A stretch of DNA of 63,455 bases, the filler included, from Octopus bimaculoides (Eukaryota), in assembly GCF_001194135.2 (NCBI RefSeq). It is 4 parts of 4 records of this genome, joined end to end, with 100 filler letters (N's around TTAATTAATTAA, not from the genome) between each part and the next. Parts side by side here need not be neighbours in the genome. Positions count along the whole stretch, not along the records: positions 21,715 to 48,900 come from NC_068998.1; positions 49,001 to 60,915 come from NC_068985.1; 2 more parts are not named here. One strand, 5' to 3'. The translations under genes and the position numbers were made by a program. This document shows positions 37,201-49,717 of this stretch, one piece after another. The notes beneath the pieces were generated by a model. It saw nothing but the letters and a program-made list of their open reading frames with translations. It had not been told where the DNA came from and made no database searches. Every line of letters begins with the position of its first letter. Position 1 is the first letter of the stretch.

Positions 37201-39325
37201 CTCAATCACCTAGTGTGTGTTTGACTAATAGAAATAACATCCAAATTCCCTTCAAATCCTGTCCTACTTTTAAAAAACTTCCACATAGCATAATGTCCTA
37301 GATGTAACATGCATGAAATAAAAAAATGGGATGGTTAGAGCAGGAACACTTCACGAGAACATCTATTATGCTAAAACTTAGCTGAAAAGCATGAAAGTAT
37401 AATTAACAGACTAAATGCAACAGTAGTATTGGTAGAGAAGTAACAGGTTCTCTTTATTTCATTAAGTGTCAACAATATATTTCCTAAGTAACTGCAAGGT
37501 TAACCTCAACAATATATCTTCATAATACCAAAGATTCTGTAAACGAACTATCAAGGCATTTGAACAGATGCTCATTATATTCAACTTCAGGTGATGCCTA
37601 TAATTCCAGCAGATATTTCTTATTAGGTGTGTCTTTTGGAAACTTAGAACAATTCAACCTCCAAGTCTATTGTAATTGAACAACCTTCCTCAGTCACACA
37701 ATTGTTTCACTGATCTTTGTGTTTGAGCTAAACAACAATTCAGTAATTATTGCTATGGTTACAGGATGGACTGTTGTGATTTCTCAACTCTGAAGAAATA
37801 AAATCCAATCACAAATCCTGTTCAGTTATCTACTATCCTTTACAGACTAAATCTGCAAGTCAATATGACATCCACTACATAGTCACTTGACCAGTTACAA
37901 ATATAATAACCAAATTTCCCTCAAATCACAATAGCAATTTTATAGGAATATACTAGACAATGTAGAGCTAGATTTATAAAAACAGAATTATCTCAGCTGG
38001 AATGCCTCTGATCCAGTGTGCTGACAAGTTAACTAAATTTGGTAAAACTTATTTTAATGAAAAGACATGTTCTTAGAATTATTTGGCCATCACATCAACT
38101 AGTTTTCTCTGCTCCACAGGGTCCTGAAACCTATTTTTCACATAGGGGCTATTGTGAACAACAAATATCCAATTTTCTTTCTCCATCTAATAAAATAATT
38201 CCTAAACTTGATATTAGGAAATCTTTCTACCAAATCTCTTTCATTAAAAAAAATTCATTTGCATGTATTTGAGAGTACCGTTTAATTAGAGAGATGCAGT
38301 GAAAAGTTTTTAATGCTTCAGGGATCAATTTGTCTAATCTCCATGAAACACATGATTACCTATTGATGCTCAAAATGAACTCATTCAACATCTCGTGATA
38401 GTTTTCATATATAAACTTATAAATCCAGTGCTTTTCTCTCAATTGTAAGACAACTGGCATGCCATCGGTTATGATGAGTGTCCCAGTTGATCCAATCAAT
38501 AGAACAGCTTGCTAGTAAAATTAATGTGCAAATTGCTGAGCACCCTACAGACACACCTTTAACATATTTCCGAGGGAGATTCAGTGTAACACAATGTGAT
38601 AAGGCTGGCCCTTTGAAATACAGGTACTGCTCATTTTTACCAGCTGACTGAACTGGAGTAACATTAAATAAATTGTCGTACTCAAAGGCACACTGCACAG
38701 CTGGGAATCAAACTCACGACCTTATGATCATGAGCCAAATACGCTAACCACTAGGCCATGCACCTTCACAATTGTCAGGCATGATGAAAACCATCGTGGA
38801 ATTTCAGTGTTTCCCTAAGTTTCCACTATTTCTACATTCAAGAAACAACCCCAGGAGTTTATCAGTATACTAAATCATTGCTATTATCTCTAATTACGCC
38901 AAAGAAATGAGCCATTTAACAGAATTTCTAAAATCAAAGTTTAAAGATTTACCACCCTCCACTATAAACATTGGATCAGGTGAAATCATTGCTCCACTGC
39001 TCAACAACAATTACATAGTGACGTGCATCAACCCATTGCAATTATTTTGATATGTTTGCAAGCAATGGCTAAAGCAATTCTGTTGACAATTCAAGGCATA
39101 TTACTGACATCTGATGCAAACATGCTTACTAACAAATATTAGTAATTGTCATCAACCAAATTAATTAAAAAGAAACATACCTATAGTACAGACAATACCA
39201 CTCATACGCACATGACATGGTTCAGAATCAATGTCCAAAGCCACCATATGTTCCAGTTGTGATCTGGCACAAGCTGCCTGAAGTTGTTGTGAAAGGCCAA
39301 CATTTGTTTGAGAACCAGAACCAGG
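24559..39325 (-). CDS. PKM: Pyruvate kinase (PKM-like), spliced multi-exon CDS, 3'-partial in this window. Exons: 39325-39181, 34326-34235, 33755-33636, 30171-29985, 28354-28212, 28093-27966, 27886-27736, 26878-26726, 24725-24559
   Basis: Manual splicing at GT..AG sites gives one open frame with matching phases. It contains PK motifs [75 protein letters not shown] and IAREAE. Confidence 0.98.
25170..25600 (-). mobile_element. LTR-retroelement RT N-terminal relic in a PK intron
   Basis: Broken frames give [20 protein letters not shown]...[20 protein letters not shown]...[28 protein letters not shown], resembling the VPKK..RPVLDFR.LN region of LTR RTs. Confidence 0.7.
26726..26878 (-). CDS. 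PKM: Pyruvate kinase exon, 153 nt ([15 protein letters not shown]...[21 protein letters not shown])
   Basis: Boundaries ttatcag|ATG ... AAA|gtaggt. Confidence 0.98.
27736..27886 (-). CDS. PKM: Pyruvate kinase exon, 151 nt ([23 protein letters not shown]...VICATQ)
   Basis: Boundaries ttcag|C ... CAG|gtgtgt. PK signature region ARGDLG. Confidence 0.98.
27966..28093 (-). CDS. PKM: Pyruvate kinase exon, 128 nt ([11 protein letters not shown]...[14 protein letters not shown])
   Basis: Boundaries tttag|GTT ... AAAAA|gtaat. [10 protein letters not shown] and KIEN motifs. Too short to appear in the ORF track; read directly from the sequence. Confidence 0.96.
28212..28354 (-). CDS. PKM: Pyruvate kinase exon, 143 nt ([24 protein letters not shown]...GVEQD)
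   Basis: Boundaries ttgtag|GT ... GAC|gtatgt. [20 protein letters not shown] motif. Confidence 0.97.
28400..29255 (-). mobile_element. Degenerate RTE-clade LINE fragment (RT domain to Cys-rich insert)
   Basis: [24 protein letters not shown] and [33 protein letters not shown]...[31 protein letters not shown]. Same family as 22850-24440. Confidence 0.88.
29985..30171 (-). CDS. PKM: Pyruvate kinase exon, 187 nt (B domain; [11 protein letters not shown]...[15 protein letters not shown])
   Basis: Boundaries ttttcag|GGT ... ATGG|gtaat. LYVDYKNI and IDDGLIS motifs. Confidence 0.97.
33636..33755 (-). CDS. PKM: Pyruvate kinase exon, 120 nt ([11 protein letters not shown]...[16 protein letters not shown])
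   Basis: Boundaries ttcag|TAC ... GGT|gtaagt. [11 protein letters not shown] motif. Confidence 0.97.
34235..34326 (-). CDS. PKM: Pyruvate kinase exon, 92 nt ([30 protein letters not shown])
   Basis: Boundaries tttcag|GC ... GAA|gtaaat. ARLNFSHG motif. Confidence 0.97.
34410..34692. mobile_element. hAT (Charlie-like) MITE
   Basis: Perfect 14-bp TIRs cagtggttcccaaa / tttgggaaccactg, with an 8-bp near-TSD atttaaag / atttaagg. Confidence 0.88.
35700..35915. mobile_element. Tc1/mariner Tigger-like MITE (degenerate)
   Basis: Imperfect TIRs tagcaatccctcg / atggattactg, flanked by TA on both sides. Confidence 0.55.
38455..38765 (-). mobile_element. Diverged copy of the same tRNA-derived SINE
   Basis: The reverse complement gives tggcctagtggttag...gagtttgattccc and body motifs gtacctgtatttcaaagggccagcctt and gatcaactgg. 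Confidence 0.8.
39181..39325 (-). CDS. PKM: Pyruvate kinase exon, 145 nt (PGSGSQ...[25 protein letters not shown])
   Basis: Boundaries tttttcag|CCT ... ATAG|gtatgt. Typical PK N-terminal motif [20 protein letters not shown]. Confidence 0.95.
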
Positions 39326-39393
39326 CTGAAAAAGAAAAAATTCTTTCATTGCAAAATATTTCATTAATAAATTAGGATCATATTGTGTCTTAC

Positions 39394-39410
39394 CTTTACA
39401 ACATAAAGTC
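39394..39410 (-). CDS. PKM: Candidate 17-nt micro-exon of pyruvate kinase (G-LYVVK)
   Basis: Minus strand reads ctgtctag|GACTTTATGTTGTAAAG|gtaaga, followed by a 68-nt intron to the acceptor at 39326. It ends in phase 0, in frame with the next exon. Confidence 0.6.
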
Positions 39411-42400
39411 CTAGACAGCAAGATTGACTGCCATTCTAATACTAAGATGAATTTACAACATTTTAACCATTAGATTAGCAGGTTACAAAGTGATTGATAG
39501 TTTCCTGGGGTTTGACTGACTTATGTAGATGATTGAAATATGGTTAGGAGTCAATGAGGAAAGACAAAATTCCAGATGGCTATAATGTTCAAGCCCAAGA
39601 AATTAAAATTTTAAAATATCAATTATACTGTCCCTCCATGATGTAGAAAAGCTGCCAAAGTCAAAGCAGTTTTCTTAGCATTACAAAGACAGTAGAGAAT
39701 CTTTGCATAATTTCCTCCAATCAAATGTTTTTTTTCCCCTACCTTTTAACAGAAAAACCTGTACTTTCAAAACTAATTTACTCCTTAGATCTCACAAGCT
39801 TCTACCTGTGGTCATCTTGTCTTAAGATGTCAAATATAAATCAAAATACATAGCATGTCTCAGATGTTGATCTGAAAAGGTTCTTTGTATAAGAAAAGAA
39901 TATCTATGGACGTTCTGGTTTTATTTTTTAACTCCTCACCAATAAAGAGCTAGTTTCAAACATTAAAAGTTCTTTCATGTGAATTTAAACAATTATGTAG
40001 TCATTTATTCACATGACCTTAACACATATGCATGTCAGTACACATCTGATTTGTAGGTTTTGACTTCTATACATGTTTGCCTGTCTAAGTGTGCTGAACT
40101 CAGATTTTCACACTTCCATTAATTACTTGCAGTTGTAATTTCCCAATTAGGAATGTAATTTCTGGTATAAAACTGAAGTTATGTTAACATCTGCTGTCCA
40201 GCAGATGTTTTATTATTATTATCATCATTATTTTTTGCAATGGTCAGTTTTAATGACTAAAATCTGTAAAGTAGAAAGAGTACTTAGTTGTGAGTGTTGA
40301 TAGTTTGCGTATTCTCATCTCTAAAATGCTTTTCTAGTATAATTAGTTTCAATCAGTTACAACAGGAATGTACTTTGCTTTTGCCTATATGTTTAAGTCA
40401 TGTTTTGTGCAAATTGGCAACTAGAAAAGGAAATGATTTAAATTAGGAGATATTAATATGCATTAGGAGATATTAATATGCATTACTGTATTCATAATAG
40501 CACAGCCTTTATTGTAAAGAAAAAGCTGTTGGTAATATTTAGAATATCTGAAATTTGCTTTATTTCTTTGTTGACTGAGATAATACCTGTGTGTTGGAAG
40601 GACATTTGAAAATAAGAGACCACCTCGAAAGGATTCATTCAGATGAGAAAAACAAGGATCGTCAATTTTTATTTGAGACGTTAAACAGATTGGAAAACAT
40701 TTCATAAGTCACAATATTTTGCTGATAATAAACGAGGGATGAAGACCTTTTACAATATATTGTTTTACATAAAAAGAAACAAAAATGGGAGTATATTATT
40801 ATGCAAGTCATAAAAGGAACTCATAGAAACTGATTGTAAGTTATTTATCTGAGTAACACTAGCATACAACACCATATTGATATGAATGCTCCAATATTTT
40901 CATGGCCTTGTCAGGTATTGTAATCCCAGTAAAAAGGTTTGTTACTAAATATCAAAGCTTGCTCAAAGGACAAAATGATTTTCTGGCCCCAGGATGCATA
41001 TTTATTTTAACCTCAAAGGAAAAGTTCCTAACATATGTAAAGTGAATAGAGAGAACTAACTGAAGTTTATGTATTGAATATGGAATCTTAATTTTATGTA
41101 AACAAATGAAATGAAAAAAATGGAGGGTAGAAGTAGATGCTCATGTAGAGAACAGAGATGATTGCAATGGTTTAAACATTATCTATACAATAATATGGAG
41201 TAAAAAGGTGACAGTGGTTGAAGGAGAATTTTTATTCAATATATAATACAGCTGATGATTGTATAAATACTAACCAATCCAAATGGAGAGGAATGAATTC
41301 TCTGCAATTCTCCAGCACCCGGTTGGGCAAGAAGTTGAGCCATCTGAGAAAATATAAATTGATTAAGATTAATATAAATTCATTATTGACTTTATCTGTC
41401 TAGAAAAAAAAATATGTACATTGTATTTCATTAAGATAATAATATCAAGATAACAATAAAGGAGCAGAGAAACATGGATAACACAGCAAATCCACTGACA
41501 AAATTCAGCATCAGGGAATTAAGATATTCAACTTCAAATTCCAAAACCTACACTTGACCACTTGATCTTCACTGGATGGTAACTAATGATCTTTTAAAGT
41601 GTGTATAGATTAACTGGATAGGTGTAAAAAGCTTTCAATAGTTACCTTCAAATTATCTGTTGTCACTTTTTAATAATCACTAATAAAAATAGTACATCTG
41701 CAACTACTACAGTCTACTTTAGCAAGCTATACATGAGCAGCTGTGTTCTTATACCTTTGTAGTGAAAGGTGTATTACATAATATGTGTCAGTGTTTCAAC
41801 TAACTATATTTTACTCTTAGGAGCTAAAAATATCTCTATAAAACCTGTTGCTATAGAAGGTCACTGAGAATAAAAATCCTAGGAAACTGAAAATGAATAA
41901 TCAGAGCCTTTAGAATAATACTGAAAATAGCTTCAGACAACCTGAAGTTAAACATTTAATCTGGATAATCACTCTCGGAAATAAACAGCAAAACTCTTAT
42001 TTGTCAATTGTATAAGAAATGGAAACATTTGAGTAATGTCTATCTCCAACTGAGAGAGAGAACTTGATCAAACCAGTTGAATAATACCACCAACAACAAG
42101 AATTTATTTTATAATTCATAAGCAAATCATAGTCTCAAGGTGTTATTTATTTATTAAATTAAATTAACCAAAGCTGGTGAATTGGTATTTAATTGACCTA
42201 AAATGACAAAAGCAGAATAAGTCCCCCATCTGAAAGATTAGTTTGGCTTAATGGATTTGCTGAATATTTTCAGTAACATTAGATTTTTTTTTTCTGCTGG
42301 AAAAAAAAAAAAAAAAAAAAAAACTATAACAAAATTATATTTCAAAAGTAACATTGATAACATTAAAAGGAAAAAAACAGTTGAAAGATTTAATAATGCA

Positions 42401-42830
42401 CAACCTGAAAGGAAAGGAATATTATGAAAAGGAAACCAAATTCCCAAACTGACAAACATTTCAGTATTAGTTTAATAAAAAATAAACTAAAGTTGACTCA
42501 TTAAAGTTTTGAACATTGCAACACAATTTAGAAGAATTCAAACCAAATTATAAAGTGAAAAAGAATTAAGCAAAAAAGTAAATAGGGGAAAAAATAAAGG
42601 AATGCTTGAACATTTTAATAAAAATAGAATTTTTACATGTTTGACAATGGAAGATTTAAACAAAATCTGACAGGGAATTTGTCAGATTGGTGGAAAGGGA
42701 ATTTCCACTAATCTAAGCATTCGGCTTTGACAAATCATAGTAATTAAATAAAACTCATAATGTAAGCAAGACTCATTGTAAAGTAGCCAGACAAGTTAAC
42801 ATGATTTTTGGTAACTGTCTTTATTGATTA

Positions 42831-44531
42831 CACACTCTCTTTCACTTGTTTCAGTCATTTGACTGCGGCCATGCTGGAGCACCACCTTTTGTCGAGCAAA
42901 TCGACCCCAGGACTTATTCTTTGGAAGCCTAGTACTTATTCTATCGGTCTCTTTTGCCGAACCGTTAAGTTATGGGGACGTAAACACACCAGCATCGGTT
43001 GTCAAGCGATGTTGGGGGTACAAACACAGACACACAAAACACACACACACACACACACACACGCATACATATTTATATATACACATTTCTACGGGCTTCT
43101 TTCAGTTTCCATCTACCAAATCCATTCACAAGGCTTTGGTTGACCCGAGGCTATAGTAGAAGACACTTGCCCAAGGTGCCACACAGTGGGAATGAACCTG
43201 CAACCATGTGGTTGGGATGCAAGCTACTTACCACACAGCCACTCCTGGTCAACAAAATAAAGCTATTTTCTGGCATAAAATATTAGAGCTGTTTTAGACT
43301 AATTTTTTGGTGCTGATTTTAAAACTGACTTCAGATTTGCTCTATCACACCACATTTTTGTGCCATCAGCATATACCTTTATTTACCTGGAGTTAACTTT
43401 ACACCACTATTTGTGGGAATTTTGGCTGGATTGTCATGCTAACCTTGAATAATGTTCAAGTTGAGTTTTGCTTTAAAATTCTTCCCTTTCTTTTCAGGTG
43501 TGAACTGAGTCATTGTAATCAAAAAGGTGTTGTAATGACTCAGATACTTTGTTACATCTGTGGAAACTTCATTCCACAGGCTCAAAGGCACAACATTAAT
43601 AACTTTGTCAAGATGGTGTATCTTACTTTAAAGTGACACTTGGAGACCAGGACAAAACCTGGGCTTCCCACAAAATTTGCAAAACCCGTGTTGAAACTTG
43701 GTGTGATGAAGCAATTCAAAGCTCTAGTGGAGACTACATCAGATATATATGTACCTTTCCGAGTCTCAGTAACAAGAAGGCGGGAATATTTGCTGAATCT
43801 CAGGGATGCACATTTTGTTATAACGAGTGCAGCAGAGGCTAGAGCTTGGATTGTCTTCTCTGATATGGTGCAGAATTTCCTTGGGAATAGGAAAGGTGAC
43901 AACTATCAAGAGATTGTGGAGGAGTTGCTCTTGAGTTTGCAAGCACTTGGATATAGAATGACCATTTAAATTGCACTACTTACACAATCACTTGGGTGAG
44001 TTTCCAGGGAAACTGAGTGATGTGAGTGAAGAACAAGGAGAATGCTTTCATCAAGACAAACATTCTGGAAGAATGCTCCCAAGGCTGATGGGACTCAAAT
44101 ATGATGGCAAGTTATTGCTGGAGCTGATGAGAGACATTCCAGAAGCTAAGCACAAGAGATTATCAAAAACAAAAAGAGGAAGTTCTTGCAGTAATAAGAT
44201 GATCAGAATGAATTACCACAATGAATAGAGATTTTATATTCATATTTTGTTATCACCAAGCTTAATTCTTACACGCTAATGTGCATTTACTCCCACAACT
44301 TTGTGTTTTGATTTATTAGGTTACAAAAAAGTCTATTAAAAATTACATTTATGTATGTTTAATTCTTCCTTTATGAACATTAAATAGCTGTTTCTAGCAA
44401 AACTAAATGGATTTATATTTAAAAAATCTGATGTGATAGACAAAATCTAAAGCCAGATTTGGATTCAGCATCCTAAAATTAGCTAAAAGCCATTGATAAA
44501 CCTTGTGCCAGAAAATATGCATTGACTAGTG
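42831..44531 (+). mobile_element. Internally deleted Chapaev3-like (CMC superfamily) DNA transposon with a SINE nested in the left TIR
   Basis: Transposase remnants FCYICGNF..., LGDQDKTWASHKICKT, LKLGVMKQFKAL, NFLGNRKGDNYQEIVEELL and HYLHNHL..FP..LSDVSEEQGECFHQD. Long imperfect TIRs, CAC...GTG termini, and TTA on both flanks (42828-42830 and 44532-44534). Confidence 0.8.
42834..43247 (-). mobile_element. CORE-like SINE inserted in the left TIR of the Chapaev3-like element
   Basis: Complete head and tail with a short (CA)n/(TA)n core. Confidence 0.9.
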
Positions 44532-45286
44532 TTATGCAATAAAAGTATCGGGGAGAAAAATTACTTCACGAGTCAAGAGCAAAAACTCCTAACAATTACA
44601 TTAGTTACACAGGAATAAGTTCCAAATTTAATATATTCTATACACTCAACAAGGACCCAAAACAAGGGCCTAAAAGAGTCCAGCAGTGAAAAACTATTTT
44701 TCTTTATTTTAAGTTGTACAATAAAAAACTAGTTTTGCAGGTTTTCTTTACAAAAGATAATTAGTTACTTATCCATATATGCAAACTAAAATAAAAACCA
44801 TAACTGAAATTCAAAAATTGTTTTAATCTAAATAGGATACTTGAAATTTTATCTGTCCACCTCTTACAATGATAAAGCTAAGTTAACCCAATCATTACAA
44901 TATTTCTGATTGAAATACACTGTATTTCAATTAAATTCTAAAATAATTGTGAATCTAAACTAACTTCATAAAGCAAAATGTTAACTATATGTAGGACAGA
45001 AATAACACGTTTCAAAGTTAAAACAGTTCGAATACATTTTAAGTTATAACTTCAGAGTACTGTTCACGTCCAAGACAGTTTAGCTTAGATTTAGAAATTT
45101 TTCCAAGTCAATGAAAACATTTTCTGCTTATATTTCAAATAGTAATTTCCTCGTGGCTGTTGGCATATTTTATAAGTTTTCTTTGCATGTATTTTCATGA
45201 CTTAGTGGAGAATGATAATGGTTGTTTGTCACTGATGATTAAAAGAAATTTAAATCAGATTTTAGAAATACATACTTTTCTTGATG

Positions 45287-45341
<55 letters not shown>

Positions 45342-47889
45342 CATATGAACTCCTCTTGAAGGGATTTTTAGAAACATAAGTACAATTACTTATGATTATA
45401 AACAGAGAGGAACTGTAAAATGACTGGAGAATCAAAACCAATTAGAAATATAAAATGGAACATATGCAAGAATGTTCTATTAAAAAAAAGTCAGAAAGAT
45501 CGAAAGACCTAAAAAAAACAATATGTAAGAAAAGTCAAATACATTTATAATGATCAAAATAACATTACAGACAATACAATTTTACAGAACATCAAAAACA
45601 GTAAAAACCTGAGACAAATAGAAAAGCAACTGGATGTACACCAACAAGATATACTTGGTACAGAATTACAAATAACATTACAAAATGTTCAAGTAATAAC
45701 ATAAAAAAAAAAATAAAAAAATAAATAAAAAAAAAGAGAAACTTCAAAGCTATAATTTAAAGAATATCCAAGCAAAGTTCTTGAAATTCTAAACATTCTC
45801 AACAAAAAGCAACAGGCCACATGTTGCAAGTTAAGTATTTCCTAAATTCTTATTTCTCTATATTACACAAGTTTATTTTCATTGTTTATGTATTAATATA
45901 GCTTTGTACTAGATGTTGAGTGACTTTAAAGAGAGAACAGCAGAAAGTTGGAGCCTGGTCAATCTGAATTTCAATGTGGTTGCTTTCTGACAGATTTATG
46001 GTCATGCCTATAAAAGTAGAGACCTCCAGCATTCTTGACCCCCAGGCCATATCTCTGCTCACTGCTATTGGGTGCAGATGATTATCTGCATGTGTGAACC
46101 CTGTGAGTCAGAGTGGCTGTTCCAGCATGTCTCCCTTGTCCTCCTCCAGAGCAACACCCTTTCCATTTTGTCTACTGGAACCACATGGCAGTTTGAATTA
46201 CAGAAAATCAAGAGAATGTAAGAATTTCGTAGCTTACTACACATAGTTGGTCTTAATAAAATACACACACACACCTATAACTGAAATCACATATGGCCTA
46301 ATCAGTAGCTTTTGTATCAAGCAAAGAAATAACTATCAGTGCCAAAAGAACATGTTTTCAAAACACATAAAAACCCTAATCTTTTATAAAATGCTAACTA
46401 TAGATTCCTGTGTTGTAAACAATGTTGTGCTGTGGAAAAAGGTGTGAGAGAGACTCAAATGAATGCTACTGACACATACTCAAACTGTTTGTGTACACAC
46501 ACAATAACAATTTAATATTTGGTAGCTGTTTCTAATGAAGCTGTGAAATACCCACAGTGCCAACTAGCATATCTTTATAGACCAATTCTGGAACAAGCTT
46601 TGCTTTACTATTCCATATGGCAGTTGCTAACTAAAGGAAATAATTCTATAACTTTTTAAAGAGCAAATCATTCTTGAAATTAAATGTATCAATCTTTACT
46701 GAATAAGAATTTCCCATTTAATGATAGAGAAAGTAGAGAGGAAGCATTTCAAATGAAACTAATGAAATTTCACAATCAAAAGTTTATTTAAATAATGACC
46801 ACACGCATGCACACACATGCGCACAAAGAGATTAGAGAAATTGAGTTCATGGTGTTTCTCAAGGCTAACAAGGTCTCAATAATTATAGGTTTCATCAAGG
46901 AAAATTGAAATGAAGTTTTGGCATTCAAATCTTTGCCAAGAGTGAATAAATTTCCAAAAAGTGTTATTCCTAACTCTTTCAAAAGTTTGTTATCTCTTAT
47001 GACATCAGCTTTATAATTGGGAACTGAATTCAATTTGTCAAGAGTTTACCGTTGACATAATTTAACATTAGCACAAGGCCAAATGCATAGAAGCAAAGAG
47101 TCAATTTTATTGACTACTCAATGCTTATTCCATTGACCTCAAAACATGAAAGGTTGAAACTAAATACAAGCCGTTTTTCTCAGCACTGTACCTGCTTTGC
47201 CATTCACTAAATTATAGTGACTTATGTGGATAAAAATTACTTTTGATGTAATCTATAAAATACAAAAACGTGACAAAATATAGCTTACAGATTCATGATT
47301 GTCGTGGTGAGAAATGAAATCTAATAGAAAACCTTTAATAAATACTTCAACAATACAGATGAAGGCACATCAATGTAGTTGCTCAAAAATAGCAACCAAA
47401 TCTTACTCCTTAAATAAGGATATTGGATAATGTAAGCTCAGCTATAGTATACGTGGTGGGGGAGATGGGATGGTCACAGTTGGAACACCTGTGATCATAA
47501 TCTTTCCTGCTTGATTAAAGTTGAACTGAGGGTAAACAAAAACAGAGTCAACATATTCGAGAACTTTTTTTCTACAATTCAAACAGATCTTAAAAGAGGT
47601 TATTTTTCAAACAATATAAACAAACTAAGGTTTCAACCCTTTCAATGCACATATATTACAGTTAGTATCAAAACACTTATTCTGATAAGTTATTGCTAAC
47701 AAAAATTCAGTACTTTTCTAGTGTCACTGCCAAAATGATCAAAATATTCTATAACTAAAGATGTCAGCATAGTTTCATCGAAGATTAAATACTTCAGTGA
47801 TATAAGTTAAAATAAATTTAGATTGTATCTTTTCCAAAAATTAGTGCATAATTGAAAATTTTCTAACAAAAGGAAAAAAGTGGCTTTTT

Positions 47890-47927
<38 letters not shown>

Positions 47928-48745
47928 ACAAATGGCATGACAACATCAGTGATACATCAGATTAGCTCCCTTGGATTTACTTGCATTCTCAATTTGCATC
48001 TCTAAAGTAGATAAAACAAGTAACCAGACAAATATTAAAACTGGGAATATCAAATCGTACCTAAGTTAAAAATCAAATTTCTTTTATTATTATGCATGAA
48101 GCCATAGTAGAATTTGAACTTATAGGATTATCATTTAAAGTTAAAAACTAGCATAATTTCAATTCTGGCTTTTAATGTACCAAACATATAATGCAGTTCT
48201 TTGCTACCCGTGCAACTATCACTCATATTGTGAAATTTTAATAGGTTATTCAACCTTTTAGAAATGATAAAACAATGTGACATCTGGCATCAAAACTGAA
48301 ACATACAATGCTGTTAGTATTTATTGTTTCTTTAATAGAGACCATTTCCTAGAATGTTACAATCATTATGCAATGAAAGGGTTAAAATGTTGAGGTTATT
48401 TTTAATCTGTTAAACAAAACATCAAGTAAAATAGATGCACCTTGACTGCAGTTAGACTTTTACAACAGGCACTACCCATTAAACACTGAAATAAAAGTTG
48501 TGAGAAAGAAGTGTTAGAATCAATAAAGTGAACAAAGTGTTTATCACTTTTGTCTAACCCTATGGAAACAAAAAGAAACAAAAAAGCCAATAATTACGTT
48601 TACCTATTCATCTCTAATCCACTAAATTTCCATACTGGTAGCATAAAACCAGCTGATCCACTCATTCACAATGTGTGCCATAAATGCTTTGTCCCAATTA
48701 TATATAACTTGGTAATTAACTAAGTGTGTTTGTGTGTGTGTGTGG

Positions 48746-48900
48746 AAGTGAGTGAATGTGTGCGTGACGAGTGAGTGAATGTGTGCGTGGCGAGTGAGTG
48801 AATGTGTGCGTGACGAGTGAGTGAATGTGTGCGTGGCGAGTGAGTGAATGTGTGCGTGGCGAGTGAGTGAATGTGTGCGTGGCGAGTGAGTGAATGTGTG
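48746..48900. repeat. 23-bp tandem repeat (gagtgagtgaatgtgtgcgtgRc), running into a spacer
   Basis: gtgaat recurs with a 23-bp period (48752, 48775, ...). Confidence 0.92.
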
Positions 48901-49000
48901 NNNNNNNNNNNNNNNNNNNNNNNNNNNNNNNNNNNNNNNNNNNNTTAATTAATTAANNNNNNNNNNNNNNNNNNNNNNNNNNNNNNNNNNNNNNNNNNNN
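48901..49000. other. Artificial scaffold spacer (44N-TTAATTAATTAA-44N)
   Basis: Same structure as 21615-21714. Confidence 0.95.
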
Positions 49001-49717
49001 CTTTTACAATACACACTCTTAAAAAGAAGAAAGTCCATTTAGTTTAAAATAAATTAAAATATTTATACTCCAGTAAGCAAAATTAAGCATTTAATCCGAA
49101 AAGAAAAAAAAAATAAAGTAAAAGTAAAGTAGAATAAACGAAAAGGAGGCAGAATGAAAACGAGGCTTGCATTATTTTAGCTTTTAAAGCGATGGAGCTA
49201 GCGTAGCGTTACTTTGTGAAAACTATTTATTAATAGCTCTGGATATACAGCCTTGACATAATTTTAATGGAATTCCATTCCAAACAAAATATTCAACAAA
49301 ATTAATAATCTTATGTATGGTAAGGTTTTAAAAAGATTTGACAATGATTGATATTTTAACGTGGGGTTACCAATTGTATCTCGGAAGAGAGTGGAAATAT
49401 CGGAACAAAAACATCCAATTGAACTGATCCCAAGCTGCGCTTTATTTTGTTAATGTAATTTTCCGTTTGGCCTTTTGATAACCTAGAAAAATCCAGGTTA
49501 AATTTATTGATCAATTTTTCTAACGCTTTTGATACTCAAGGTTTTTGTTTAGCTGATGTGATGACCAATGCCACACTTGTTATTTGCGATACTATAATTA
49601 TGGTCTCTTTGTTATACAGAATTGCAGTCTTCAAAGAAACCGGAAATCGATCATTCTTCGAGCATTTCCTCATTGTTTTAGTTTTTGTACTTCGACTACT
49701 CGGATCAGCGCACTCAC

